Of a DNA stretch of 64,000 bases, positions 1 through 12,743 are shown one piece after another. A program made the position numbers and the translations under genes. The DNA is taken from contig CM069174.1 of NCBI GenBank assembly GCA_035221665.1, positions 10,106,001 through 10,170,000 of the forward strand, read 5' to 3'. The first letter of the stretch is position 1; every line of letters starts with the position of its first letter. The notes under the pieces were generated by a model. It saw only the letters and a list, made by a program, of their open reading frames with translations, searched no databases and was not told the origin of the DNA. The stretch is from Okamejei kenojei (lineage: Eukaryota).

Positions 1-104
1 AAATTGAAAAGTTTAACGTCCCACTAAACAGCTTGAAGATGATGTTTGAGAAGGGTGATGCGAATGCTCAGTCTAAGTGCAGGCAGCAGGAACTCCCAGT
101 CAAG
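1..104 (+). CDS. LIMA1: LIMA1/EPLIN coding exon, 5'-truncated by the window edge
   Basis: Frame from nt 3 gives [34 protein letters not shown], matching the EPLIN motif [18 protein letters not shown]. Donor AAG|GTAAGT at 105, phase 0. Confidence 0.93.
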
Positions 105-641
105 GTAAGTGTTTGCACGCAACAATGCTGTTTGAGTTAAGCCAGAGAATCCTCACTTCGTTCATTTTAAACATTATTTGCTTCTTGCTCCGATCTGAAG
201 TATTAGCGGAATCCTCTTTAACCTTAATGTCTGCTGCTTCAATATTAGTCACTTTAAATGAGTTTGAATTTTTGAAGTATTTTAAAATCAAGTTAATTAA
301 GGAAACCAGTGATCAGCTCCCATGGCTTTTAATACAACTCTCTTTATTTCTTTAAAGAATAGAGTTGCTCCTTCCCCAGCCAGCCTGGGTTTGCTTAAGA
401 TTTAAAATAAAATCTAATGCAAGTTTACATTCTAAGTCCCTCTTTGATATCTAGCTTTGGTTCGAGTTTGTTCATTCAGTAAAAAAATTGTAAAGAGGAG
501 GGATTTCCTTTTTATTGCAAAATAGACTTTATTCAAGTAATAAATATATACCATACAGGAACCGTGCAAAAAATTATCCAACATTCTCGGAGGCTATAGT
601 AAACATTCAATACTGTTCAACCAAATAACACTTTCTCCCTT

Positions 642-810
642 CCCCCCCCCCCCCCCCCCCCATCCCCACCCCCACCCCACCCTTGACACTCATGTGGCCC
701 ACTGGTGTGGAATCTCTTCCCTTATTTTTTTTGAGGAGTGTCTCCACCACCCCCTGATATCTCCCCCCCCCCCCCCCCCCCCCCCCCCCGCCCCCCCCCC
801 CCCCCCCCCC
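642..810. repeat. Poly-C/poly-G tracts with G-quadruplex potential on the - strand
   Basis: C runs at about 642-683 and 763-810. Homopolymer lengths may be unreliable. Confidence 0.85.
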
Positions 811-1204
811 GGCAGCTTTCAGCCTCGGAATAAAACTTGAGGGATAGACAGGATCGATCCTCCATCTGTTCTATATTAGATATTCTCCGGTGTGAAGGTG
901 ATCCCAGCTTCTGTCTTGGTGGCTCTCTGATGTTGTTGTCGAGAATGCCCACGTGTGGATGCCAATGGAGGCTCAAATAGTTAATGTGTGTCGCTGCTGA
1001 GTCTCAAACTTGCTTTCTTCACTTTAGTTAGAGATACAGCATGGAAACAGACACTTCGACCCACCGAGCCCACGCCAACCAGCAATCCCCCTACTTTCGT
1101 TACCCCACTTTAACCCACTAGTGTTAATTTACAGGGGCCAATTAACCTCTTGTGTAATTTCTGGCAAGGATGTTGGACTAAATGCCAAAATATCGAGAGA
1201 GAAA

Positions 1205-1435
1205 AGAACTGCAGATGCTGGTTTATACAAAAGAGACATAAAGTGCTGGAGTAACTCAACGGGTCGGGCAGCATCTCTGGAGAACATGGATAGGTGACGA
1301 TTCATGTCGTGACTCTTCGAGACTTAAAACTACTTTTCCCTCTGAAGAAGAGTCCCGACCTGAATCATCGCCTATTAATTTTTCTCCAGAGATGCTGCCT
1401 GACCTGCTGAGTTACTCCAGCACTTTATGTCTATC
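1205..1435. mobile_element. Penelope-like terminal-repeat fragments in inverted (palindromic) arrangement
   Basis: aagtgctggagtaactc...gcagcatctctggaga pairs with tctccagagatgctgcctgacctgctgagttactccagcactt. The same motif recurs more than 10 times in the window. Confidence 0.65.
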
Positions 1436-3072
1436 TAAATGCCAGAATAACATGAGAAAGAGATAAATCTCTGGATAAAACAAATGGGTACGAATTACTT
1501 CCCCCTCCCAATCTCAAACTTTCTTATTGCTCCTCATCTTCAGCTCGGTCACGTGTCCTAAACTTGACAAGCTAAAGGAAAAAGCCAATGTGCTATTCTT
1601 TGTACACCCCCTTTTGCAGACCATTTCAATCGGGAGCCTTGGAAGAAGAATGGAGTGGGAAGAGATGGTCCCAGGTTTCCCCATTCTCGGCTGCACTGAA
1701 TTAGGGAAGAAAAAGGGCTGCCGGGGGTTGTGCGGAGAAGGCAGGAGAATGGGGTTGTGAGGCCATGATTAAATGGCAGAGTCGACCGGGTCGAATGGTC
1801 TAATTCTGCTTCTAGAACTTATGAACTTAAGAAAAGTTACCAAATTAATTACATTTAGCGGCATGGCTATGGAGGATGGAATTTGGTTCATTGTGGAGCC
1901 CCTCCCTCGATAGGTGACTGGCACACCCTTGGCTTGTTTTCAGTGCATGGGAACCACTTCTCCCAACTGTCATTGTCCAATTGAGTTGCAGGAGGTGACC
2001 ATTTAGATCATGGAGCCTGCCCTGGAATTTTGTGCGCCTGATTTAACTTGATCTGGTATTTGACAAGTTGTCTGTTCATACATGTAGGCTCTGATGGCAA
2101 AAGCGTCTGTGGGAGGATCGCAAACTGTTTTAACATGAAAGTGTGGGGCAGACCTGCAGCTCCAACACAAACCCCTCCGGTGTCAGATAGTCTCGAGGAT
2201 TTTATTCATTTAGCAGAATGCCCCAATATTTCTCGTGTTATCTCATGAATTTTGGCAGTCACACAAAAAAATATTTTAGTAATCAAAAGCCCAATCAAGG
2301 AGGTTGTTTTAAAGACCATTTAAAAAGATTTGAGGGGCATGGAGGGAATTTCAAACTTGGAGTTGGGAGCTGAAGGCATTTCAGAGTACAATATTGGAAG
2401 CAGCGCGGATAATTTGGTGGTTGGCTGGTTCTCAGTTGATTATCTCCTGCTACTGTACACAGCCCTGGGCAGTGAACATTGCTCCTAGCCTCAGCCTGTA
2501 TGATATGCTGGAGAATGGTTCACAAAGCCTTTGGGTTATGATGACTGTTTCTCTCTTCACAGATGTTGTGAACCTCCCTGAGTATTTCCAGCGTTTCCTA
2601 TTTTGGAGTTAGTGTGAGCTCTAGAATGGAGTGGTTTTTGGATACAGCAAGCCCCACCTTTTTGGTTGGGAAGTTTTATCATAAATGGCCAGTTACTCTT
2701 GATATCTGCACCTCTCATCGGTGAAAGTTTTGATGTGGCGTCAGGCACGGCTAATACCCGACTGGAAACTTGCACTGTGGCCGCTATCTGTCCCACCAAA
2801 CGAGCTGTTCGGAGCTGGGATATTGTGCCTATATCAGGCAGCTTTATGGGAACAGCACAAACTAGCTGCTGTGTTTCCTACATGGCAACAGGGTAGATGG
2901 TCAGAACCTTTTCCCCAGGATGGAAAAATCAAATACGAGAGTACTTACCTTTAAGGTGAAAGGGGCAAAGTTCAATGAAGATGTGCAAGGTGCAATTTGT
3001 TTCTAGAGGGTGGTGAGTGCCTGCAGTGCATTGCTGGGGGTGGTGGTTGAGGCTGGTACAACAGTAAGATCA

Positions 3073-3615
3073 TAAGTGATAGGAGTAGAGTTTGGCCATT
3101 TGTCCCATCAAGTCTACTCCTCCATTCAATCTTGGCTAATCTATCTCTCCCTCTTAACCCCATTCTCCTGCCTTCTCCCCATAACCCCCAACACCTGTAT
3201 TAATCAAGAATCTATCTATCTCTGCCTTAAATATCCATTGTCTTGCCCTCGACAGCCTTCTGTGGCAACGAACGACACCCTTGGACTAAAATTCCTCCTC
3301 GTCTCCTTTCCAAAAGAACGTCCTTTAATTCTGAGGCTCTGACCTCTAGTCCTAGACTCTCCCACTAGTGGAAACATCTCCACATCTACTCTATCCAAGC
3401 CTTCCATCATTCTGTACGTTTCAATGAAGTCCCCCCCTCATTCTTCTAAACTCCAGTGAATATAGGCCCAGTGCTGTCAAACGTTTATCATCGGTTAACC
3501 TCATTCCTGGGATCATTCTTGTAAACCTCCTCTGGACCCTCTTCAGAGCCAGCACATCCTTCCTCAGATATGGTGCCCACAATTGCTCACAATACTCCAA
3601 ATGTGGCCTGACCAT
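3073..3615 (-). mobile_element. CR1-clade LINE 3' fragment
   Basis: VRPHLEYCEQLWAPYLRKDVLALKRVQRRFTRMIPG...LYSLEFRRMRG and SRTRGQSLRIKG are typical of the CR1 ORF2 C-terminus. Disrupted by frameshift and deletion. Confidence 0.88.
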
Positions 3616-4589
3616 GATGCCCAGACTAAATCAGAGTTGGTCTGGGCATTATGTTCAGCACAGGCATTGTGAGCCAAAGGACCTGTTTTTGCATTACACT
3701 ATTCTATGTACACCGCAGTTTACGCTTAAAGATGTGCTTTATTGCCAGTAGATTACCAAACGACACCACCAGGCTGTGTGTGGGAACAAAGAACATGGAA
3801 CAGTACAGACCAAAACGGGTCCCTTCGACCCACGATGTCTGTGCTGAACTTGATGCTAAGTTAAATTAACCTTCTCTGCTGGCACATGATCCATATTCCT
3901 CCATTCCCTGTACAGCCATGTGCCTATTTAAAAGCTATGAAGGGCGATGTGGAAGAATTTATTGTGAAGTTTTTGAAGAAATGCTATTTTGAACCTAAGT
4001 AATTGCTGTTTGAGTATTAATCCTTCTGCTCACAACCATGGGCTGGTGTGTGTGTGTGTGTCGGCCTATAGACAAACTGTATGGATCCTTCCCGACACTG
4101 TATACAGAAATAATATTTGCTTGAAGACCAGGGTAAGAGCTCCCACAGGCCAAGGAAAAGTACTTTTCTTTTTCTCTCTGAGAAAGCCTGCATACCTCTG
4201 ACTGGTGCTTGTGCGGATGACAGGATGTTGAGAGCAGAGCTTTGTACGTGATAAATCGTCAACTGATTCTCATGATCGATGCGGTCATGCAATGAAACAC
4301 TGGGCTCTTTTTGGTCCACTTATGTCGAGCACATGATTTAGTTTTGCCAAGTTATTTTGTTCTACTTTCCCGTCTTTTTATAACTTTGTTTTTGCCTTTT
4401 AACAGATTGGGTTGGAGCAAATGACCCAGCAAAGAGGCGTTTGCCTTTTGGTCTTTTGACATTTGCTGCTTGATAAACTGATGCTGTGTTGCGCCATGGC
4501 TTTTCAATTTGTAGCTGGCAGATCGCAAAGGGCTGCTGGATATGTGCTAGTCTGGTGGTTCATATCCTCGTTAAAATTACTTTTCCTTC

Positions 4590-5428
4590 GTAGGGGGTGC
4601 CGTGCAGTTGGTATGGCTGCCCAGCCTACAGCTGTCTGTTATTTAACTTCTTTTTTTTATTTTTAGTGAGTTTTAATGTTTTTTGGAGTTCTAGTCTTTT
4701 TTATGGGGGGGGGGGGGGGGGGAGAGAAAGGGGGAAACTACTTTTCAGGGTCCCTACCTGGTCGGAGAGGCAGCTTTCTCCGGGCTGCAACTTCGACCCG
4801 TCCTCGCGGCCTACCAGCGGGCCTGGAGCGGCGTTGCCTGAGGGGACCGCCCAGAACCTCGGCTTCGGAAGCGGCGCAGCGCTGGAGCACCATCGCGGAG
4901 GGGAGCGGGCGATACCTTGCCTGGGTCGCCGCGCTGGAGCTCCGGAAGGCTGAGACCGCAGTCGGTGAACGTCGTGGAGCTGCGGGACTGGAGCGGGCGG
5001 CGGCGCTGAACTTTAACATCGGGAGCCTGGGATCTCTCGGCGAGATCACCAGTTGTTGAGCTCCATCCAGCGCGGCCTTGTCGGCTTCGGAAACCACGGA
5101 CTCCGGTAAGGAAGCGGCCGTTCCAGGTGTCCCAAGCCGCTGTGAGGACTCTCCCGACGCCGGAGCACCATCACCCGGCGAGAAGGCCTAAAACATCGGG
5201 CCGCCTTAGCGCCGACTGCGGAGGCCTCAATAGGCCCGACTATGGGTGGACATGGGGATGGGACTGGACTTTGTGCCTTCCCTCACAGTGGGAACCATTG
5301 TGGGGGGATGTTTTTATGTTCATTGTTAATTCTTTGGTGTTGTGTCTTATCTTTATCTGTGTGCTGCATGGCAAGTCAAATTTCACTACACCAATTGGTG
5401 TATGTGACAATAAATGTCCTATGTCCTA
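4590..5428 (+). mobile_element. CpG-rich putative non-autonomous retroposon with a Rex1/Babar-like tail
   Basis: GC/CpG-rich core (4750-5240) ending in tgtgacaataaa plus (tgtccta)2, resembling the tails at 10470 and 48422. No RT motif. Confidence 0.5.
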
Positions 5429-5680
5429 TAAAATGGGTCTGTTGATTTGGCAAACCTTCATCTCTGTATTTTGAATCTTAAAATGTAACACTTGCCTGTG
5501 CAGCGATAAGTGTCTCTGTAATTTTATCTACTCTTTGACCCATCGAATCCCATTTTTAGCAGCTTCAAACCAACCATGCTGTTGTACTGATTAATTTAAA
5601 TAATTAAAGCCAAAGTGACTCCCCCACTAGCATGTACCACATGGTTCCAGTTCTTAAAGTTGTATTAAGTAATCTCTGCA

Positions 5681-5950
5681 GGGCACGACCATGGGCAGCA
5701 CAGTGAGTTAATCGCTGCCTTGCAGTGCCAGAGACCCGGGTTCGATCCCGACTACAGGTGCTGTCTCTACGGAGTTTGTACATTCTCCCTGTGACTATGT
5801 GGGTTTTCTCTGGGCGCTCCGGTTTTCTCCCACACTCCAACGACATACAGGTTTGCAGGTTAATTGGCTTTGGTAAAATTGTAAGTTGTCCCTGGTGTGT
5901 AGGATAGTGCTAGAATACGGGGTTATCGCTGGTTGGCTCGGACGTGGTGG
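5681..5950 (+). mobile_element. tRNA-derived SINE
   Basis: Head with B-box GGTTCGATCC (about 5739), followed by the core gagtttgtacattctccctgtgact...cccacactcca shared by many copies here. Confidence 0.8.
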
Positions 5951-6688
5951 GCCGTGGATGGCAGTAAGCGTCGTAAAAAAAGTAAGATTGTGAACAAAAT
6001 GCAAGTATCGCTCTTCATTGGAGTTTTTTGCCCGATTGCTGCTGATCTGCAGACATGGCACAGAATGCCAGTGCGATGGAGTTCATCGATTTTGGGGGGG
6101 GGGTTCATGCCCTCGCCTTGCTGCCTGGGTGCGTTGTGAAGTGGAAGTGAATCTGCTTCTTTTAGTTCATGTTGTCTGACTTTTGCTTGCTGAAACATGT
6201 CTAAAAAATTTACTCAAGCGCTCAATGGTGCCAGTACACAAATGTTGAAATGTAGCTGTAATCACAAACATTTGCCCTCAGCAGATTACACGCTTGGTGC
6301 ACATTTCCTACTGTCTACGCTAATATTGTATATGGGTGATGGAGGCATTTTGTGGTTATCCTCCTTTTAATCCTTTTTCTTTTTCCTTTTGCACTTTTTC
6401 ATCGCTTCCCATTGCATTTCTCAGCTTCTTCACCTTTTATTTATCTTCTAGGTTGTGCCCCACCCAACCCTGTCAGGCATCCAATCTTTCCTTGGCTGTG
6501 ATTTACTTGAGCACATCAAAACCAATCCCAATCCTGCCCGTGCACATACTCTGAACAGGACCTTGTGACTGAACTTGGCTGTTTGATTGTTTGGTCTATG
6601 TGTTGTCTCAATCCCACCTCTCTGTCCTTCAAAGTGAGACTACATGCTTCTGTTCTGTGTCTGCGGGGGCCAAAGAACAAGGAACTAA

Positions 6689-7007
6689 TAGCCCCGTCCC
6701 ACGGTGCAAGTTAATTCCAAGAGCTCTCCCGAGTTTAAAAAGAAATCAAACTCGTGGTAAGCACGGAGAATGAACGTAGCGGGTACGTCGGAGCTCGGGG
6801 ACGTCGCTTAGCGCTAACGGCAGGTACTCGGGAAGACTCGCTAACGGCAGGTAAGCACGGGAGCGCGTGAAGATTTTTCAACATGATGAAAAATGTCCAC
6901 GAGAGCCCCGAGTACCTACGAGCAGCCATTACCGTAAATTTCCGAGTTCGAATCAGGGCAAACTCGGGAGAACTCTTGGAATGAACTCGTACCATGGGAC
7001 AGGGGTT
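6689..7007. mobile_element. MITE, PIF/Harbinger-like
   Basis: Ends gccccgtcccacggt and accatgggacaggggtt flanked by TAA on both sides; internal repeats cgctaacggcaggta. Confidence 0.6.
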
Positions 7008-8057
7008 TAAATCTGCCTCTTCCAAGAGGCAGATACAGAGGACGAGGAGAATAGCTTCCCATTTTATTTTGTTTGGGCATTTTAAAATTTGCAACCAAAG
7101 ATCTGCGGCAGTTTCTTTGGAAATTGTCATCTTCAATTAACAAAATGTGGCTGGTCTTTAACCGACGTTAAGCAGCTTTGCCAAAAGAGGTTGAACAATG
7201 TGCAAGGAGTTATCTGTAAATCTGGATTTGAACTCTGAATCGGCCACTCTTCAAAGAGGTGCAAATTGTTAGGGGTAGGGAGTTCAATGGCAAAACGGCT
7301 TCCGTGGCCGTCTGAAACCATCTCGTGGCAGCAGACTCGCTCTCTGTGGTGTACGGAGTTGTGGCGTCATCTGCCGGTACTGAGTGCCCCCTGAGGTGCA
7401 GCACCCTGTTGCTCATTCCTCACCACACTGCTTACTCTTTCCCTATCGCCGCGACAACCATCGCTGGCCTCCTCTGCCAAGAGTGGTCGGCACGTTGACC
7501 AGCATCCGTGGACACCAGGAACTGCAGGTGCTGGCTTACAAATAAAAGACAGTGCGGGGAAAACTCAGTGGGTTCTCCTGATTTGCTGAGTTGCTCCAAC
7601 ACTTTCTGTCTGGAAAGAAAGTGATGGAGCAGAGGACCCGCGACCCCAATGAAGTCCACGACGCACACAACCAGTACCCAACGGAGCTGCTGCGGCGATT
7701 CGAGATTCATGTTAAAGAAGGATCACTTTCCATTAGTCACACATTAATTTCAGAAACTCTTTGACTTTAAAAAAAAATAAAATAAAAAAAAAATCAGGAG
7801 CATGATGACTTTCAGCCATGCTTCAGTGAAGAGCACACTGCCCTCCCAAGTCATAAGGATGTGGTATTGAGTTCAACTCGACTCTTGGTGAAGCTCCAGT
7901 GGGTTTGCTGGAGAGGTACTGCACTGTCACACATACAGAAACTGAAACCCAAACTATTCACCCAGCGTCCAGACTAATATTTCTACCGCATTCAATTAAA
8001 ACATGTTTTAAACTTGCCTATCACATCACTATTTGTTGAAATTGAATGCACCATTTC

Positions 8058-8490
8058 AATAGACAATAGGTGCAGGAGTAGGCCATTTGGCCCTTTGAGC
8101 CAGCACCGCCATTCAATGTGATCACGGCTGATCATCCCCAATCAGTACCCCGTTCCTGCCTTCTCCCCATATCCCCCGACTCCGCTATTTTTAAGAGCTC
8201 TATCTAGCTCTCTCTTGAAAGCATCCAGAGAAACTGCCTCCACCGCCCTCTGAGGCAGAGAATTCCACAGACTCGCCACTCTCTTGGTGAAAAAGTGTTT
8301 CCTCGTCTCCGTTCTAAATGGCTTACTCCTTATTCTTAAACTGTGGCCCCTTGTTCTGGACTCCCCCAACATCGGGAACATGTTTCCTGCCTCTAGTGTG
8401 TCCAGGCCCTTAACAATCTTCTATGCTTCAATGAGATCCCCTCTCATCCTTTTAAACTCCAGAGTGTACAAGCCCAGCTGCTTCATTCTC
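8058..8490 (-). mobile_element. CR1-clade LINE 3' fragment (well preserved)
   Basis: LGLYTLEFKRMRGDLIEA and MFPMLGESRTRGHSLRIRSKPFRTETRKHFFTKRVASLWNSLPQRAVEA...GYGEKAGTGY*, plus the 3' UTR. Confidence 0.9.
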
Positions 8491-9772
8491 TTATATAACT
8501 GCAGTGAATCCACGATGGCGCAGCGGTAGAGTTGCTGCCTTGGAGCGCCTGAGGCAGCACCGCTCGTCAGGGTCAAACCCGGGTCTCTGGGGCTGTAAAG
8601 CAGCAACTTTACCGCTCGCCACTGCCACCCGTAACTATCCATCAGAAATCCTCCTCAAGATTCTGTCTGGTGCTGGTTTCAACATATCCAAAGACTATTC
8701 TTCCACTGCCCTTTGAGAAAGACGGCACCCTCTGAAAGGGAAAACAAAAAACCTTTCATCGTTGCGACTAATTGGATAGTTCAGCCACAGAGCGGGCATG
8801 GGGACACTGACCCACATCTCATCATGGCCGAGTTGGGCCGAAAGGTCTGTTTCCGTGCCCTACTCTGTGTCCGTGCCCGTCTCCTGTGATTCTCCTAGCT
8901 GCCATTTTGCCACAACTGGCACCGATGCCATGAGGAAAGGCTTGGAGAAAGTTGATGAGTGAAGGAAGGACATTTCTTTTAGCTATGCAGATCAAATGTA
9001 CCCCTTTGTGCAGAAGGGTTTTTTGAATCTGAGCTGCTGCAGCAAGCCTGACTACTGTTTGTGCTAAAGATGTTACTTGTAAAGCAATAATGCAGAGAGG
9101 TATCACACTGATCTTTTCAGAGTTTAGTTCGTTGTTCAAACATGGACCAGGAAGAATGTTTTTTAAACAAATTAATGCCTTGGGCGAAATGTAGGTAATT
9201 CAATTACCAACAGCATATGGAGTCGCAAATTATTATAGGTACCTGACGATTTTTTTTCACCATCTGGAAATGGGATTAAAGGGGCCTGTGATCACTGCAG
9301 ATGGGGTCAGTCTTGTGTGTGAATGCTGCAAGGCTTTTGAACTCTTGTTAATCCAGATGGCAGTGCAGTGCTCTCATTAGCAGCATGTAAGTTTATTAAG
9401 ACTCGTGTGATGCAATCACATGGGTCTGAACCTGGGCAGATGGGTCTCCAGAGCCTTTGCTTCATTGTCTGAGTTTCTTTACGCTAGGTGCTAATTGCAT
9501 CTGCTACTTCTACTCAGTCAGTCAGGCTAATCGTGACTGTTTCAGATGGCAGACAAAGATGATTTGATTAAATGAGTGATTTGTGCTTCGTTCAACAAAA
9601 GATAACGTGAAGAGCAAGTTGATTGCTTTCAGCTGCAATTGATAGCCAAATCATGCACCCGTGTGCTTCAATTAATGAGGCATTGAAGAGTGAATGAGAA
9701 TCGTCCTGAAGTGCTTCCTCCCAGGTAAATGTTTCTGGATCGTATGTGCTGAGTGTTTTTGTTCTCAAGCAG

Positions 9773-9914
9773 GCTGCCCGAGATCGGCACCACAAGTCTG
9801 ACGTTTCCAAGAAGTGGTTAGACAAGACTGCAGAAGGCAGCTGTCTGATTGAAGGCGTGGTGGAGAACAAAGCCAGGGCCGGGAGCACAAGTGGCTTTAA
9901 ATCTGATGATTCGG
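9773..9914 (+). CDS. LIMA1: LIMA1 internal exon (142 nt, phase 0 to 1)
   Basis: Acceptor tttttgttctcaagCAG, donor TCGG|GTAAGA. Open frame [14 protein letters not shown]...FKSDDS bridges the phase-0 donor at 104 to the phase-1 acceptor at 19273. Little recognisable homology. Confidence 0.72.
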
Positions 9915-10214
9915 GTAAGAATTTGTTTATAAATTTCGGCTGGGAAGAAGAGATTGCGTCTCTGCCTTTGTTGTGTTCACTAAATCATTCTCGTGTTTAT
10001 AGAAGAGGCAGTTATATTGAGTTCGGAGAAGTACCTTGCTACTGGAGGAGGTATTTAGCATTATAAAGCTTTTTAAATTGTGAATGAAAGCAGTGAAGTG
10101 TGTCCTTGGCCATGACTGTGTAAAGTTTAGCAAGTGTGCATTTTGTAACGTACCAATCTGTTTACATTCTGCAAGCTGTTGTTTCATGTTGCACTTATAA
10201 TGCAGAGACCGGGC

Positions 10215-10472
10215 TTCAGGAAAAGCTACTTCCCCACAGCCATCAGGCTATTAAACTTGGCTCGGACAAAACTCTGAACATTAATAGCCCATTATCTGTT
10301 TATTTGCACTTTATCAGTTTATTTATTCATGTGTGTATATATTTATATAATGGTATATGTGCACACTGATCTGTTCTGTAGTCATGCCTTCTATGTTCTG
10401 TTGTGCTGAAGCAAAGCAAGAATTTCATTGTCCTATCAGGGACACATGACAATAAACTCTCTTGAATCTTGA
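10215..10472 (+). mobile_element. Rex1/Babar-type LINE 3' end
   Basis: Near-identical to the reverse complement of 48422-48680; ends acatgacaataaactctc followed by a (ttgaatc) tail. Confidence 0.8.
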
Positions 10473-11389
10473 AGTGATTCTATGATAATGGGTGCTATAG
10501 AAAGTGGCCCGATTCCATTGCAGAATTGTTTCCACAGCAGCCAGAAGCACTTCAGCCTCTTAGCCCTGTGACCAGCTGTTTCAAGTTTTGTACTACTGTT
10601 GGACTGAAACCAGCTCTTTATCTTTTTGTTTCACGGTGCCTGCTGCTTTGGTGGCAGGCACACCATCACGTTTACATTGCCAGTTAACCATCGATTTCTT
10701 TTCAAGTGGTCAGTGCAAAGTCTGCCTCTTTAAAAACTGGTATCGTTGCCAAAAGTGACTTGCTGCGTGAAAATGGGCATTTGTAAAAATAAACCCCAGT
10801 GTCCTCTGAGCTACGTGTTACTGTATTGTTCAATATTCTTGCTAATTGTCGTATTAGCATTTCAATGCTGCGTGTGCTTCGGCATGGGGCCATCCATTAG
10901 TTAGATCACAGTATTAAATCACAAGCGACTGCAGATCTTGAGCACAAAAAACTGCTGGAGGAATATTGAGTCACAGCATTTAGTGAAACCACCTAACAAA
11001 GGGATGCTCTTTGGAGGCGAATAGTCACTGCCTGACTAGCTGCTGACTCTTTTTAACTTGGCGCAGAGTACAATGGTTACACGTTGAGAACGTATAAGAA
11101 AAAAAACATTCAATAACTTAATAACCCTAATATTAGTGCAAAAAAAGCCCAGGGTGCCCCATCAAATCTTATCGATCGCTTGCTAATCGCAAGACTGCGT
11201 CCAACTGTTGTCTGGTGCGCTGATCGTATTGCTAGATGTGAACTGTTTTGGGAGAAAAATATCCTGGTCTGCCCATGGCAGACCAAACGTGTTAAACAGA
11301 GATTGGTCAGATACTGAGCTTTACACACTGAGAAATCATGAGGAATAATCACTGAATTTTATTTAAAATGAATGTACCTGCATGTTAAT

Positions 11390-11672
11390 CTGTTTAGTTT
11401 GGAGATACAGCGCAGATAGTCCACTGAGTTCGCACCGACCAGCGATCCCCGCACTATCCGGCGCACCCCGAGGACAATTTACAATTTTACCAGAGCCAAT
11501 CGGCCTACAAACCTGGATATCTTTGAACTGTGGGGAGGAAACAGGAGATCCCAGAGAAAACCCACATCGGCCACGGTGAGAACGTACAAACTCCGTGCAC
11601 TCAGCACCCGTAGTCACGATTAAACCCGGGTCTCTGGCCCTATAAGGCAGCAACTCGACCGTTGCGCCACCA
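11390..11672 (-). mobile_element. tRNA-derived SINE
   Basis: Reverse-strand copy of the 5681 family, with head ggtggcgcaacggtcgagttgctgcc and a (ctaaa)-type tail. Confidence 0.8.
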
Positions 11673-12743
11673 AACTGCCCGCACTGTTGAAGTGGCTTGC
11701 TACTTGTGTGTGACAGCCTTGCCGCAAGTTTCAGTGGGTTAATCCATTACAGTGCAGGTACTACTATTCAAGTGGTACTTTGTGAACGAGTCCAGGAACA
11801 AAGACAGTGTGGCCATGGTCCAGTGTAACTGAAGCAGCGCTACTCCCTCCTCACTTCCTGGAGTCCACCACTGGCGCATTATTGTTTGTGATGTTTGCTT
11901 TTCATATATATTCAAGAATTCCGCCTGTCTTCCTCTTGCAAAAACGGAATGCATTCACAGCCTGTCTCAATCTCGTCGGGTTAGTTCACCTCATCAACTG
12001 CAACTCTCCAGAATGCAGCTTTCTTTCAACTATTTAGACGTTCGTTTGAAGAGCTGCTTTCAAGATGTTTTGCAGAATTCCTGTTCAATGGGGATGTGGA
12101 TTTGTACATTCCAGCTCTCCCTATCATTTTTCCAAGTGTGTTAATGCATGGATTAGTGTAATATCTTGTGCATCTGGGTGAGTAGCAGAGGAGGAGTGAT
12201 AAAGGGGGTAATGGTCAGAATGCAGAGTAGATCTGGTCATTACCTAACAAAAGGATAAAACTAGTTCATATTTAAACATCGATCTTTTCAGCCCTGGAAG
12301 ATGGAGGGTCTAACCGGAGATGGTTATTTAAAAAAACGGAGGCAGAGGGAGGAGTCCAGAGTAAGGCACGCTGACTCCTGTCACTGGAGCAGTGAGCAAA
12401 CAGTCCTTGTGAAAGCAATTCGCTCTCCCAAGTGTTTCTACCCACAAGCTGTGGACCTTCTCATCCCTGCCACTTTCCCTCTGGGCTCCCTATATATCAC
12501 CGTGTCTCCTACTTGCCCTTTACTTGGCACAGTCCCAAAATAGATGGAACATCTGTCCATCCAGCTGTTCTCTCTCACACATTGCCAGGGACTCCCCACT
12601 TCCATTCTGTGAGCGGCCATGTGGATGAGCGCGCTATTGTGATGTGGTGTTTGCTTTGACAGAAAAGGTGAAGAGATGATTGCTGGCCTCGGGCAAGCTT
12701 GTGTTCCACTTGTAATTGAATGCCTTGGGCACAAGCTTGGTGC

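Noticed and set aside
4597-5097. Overlapping 118-127 aa ORFs in the GC-rich patch
   Set aside because: High GC suppresses stop codons. The products are low-complexity Ala/Arg/Gly text with no motif and lie within a probable mobile element.
5681-5760. tRNA gene
   Set aside because: The tRNA-like head continues into a SINE body repeated many times in the window, and there is no intact cloverleaf.
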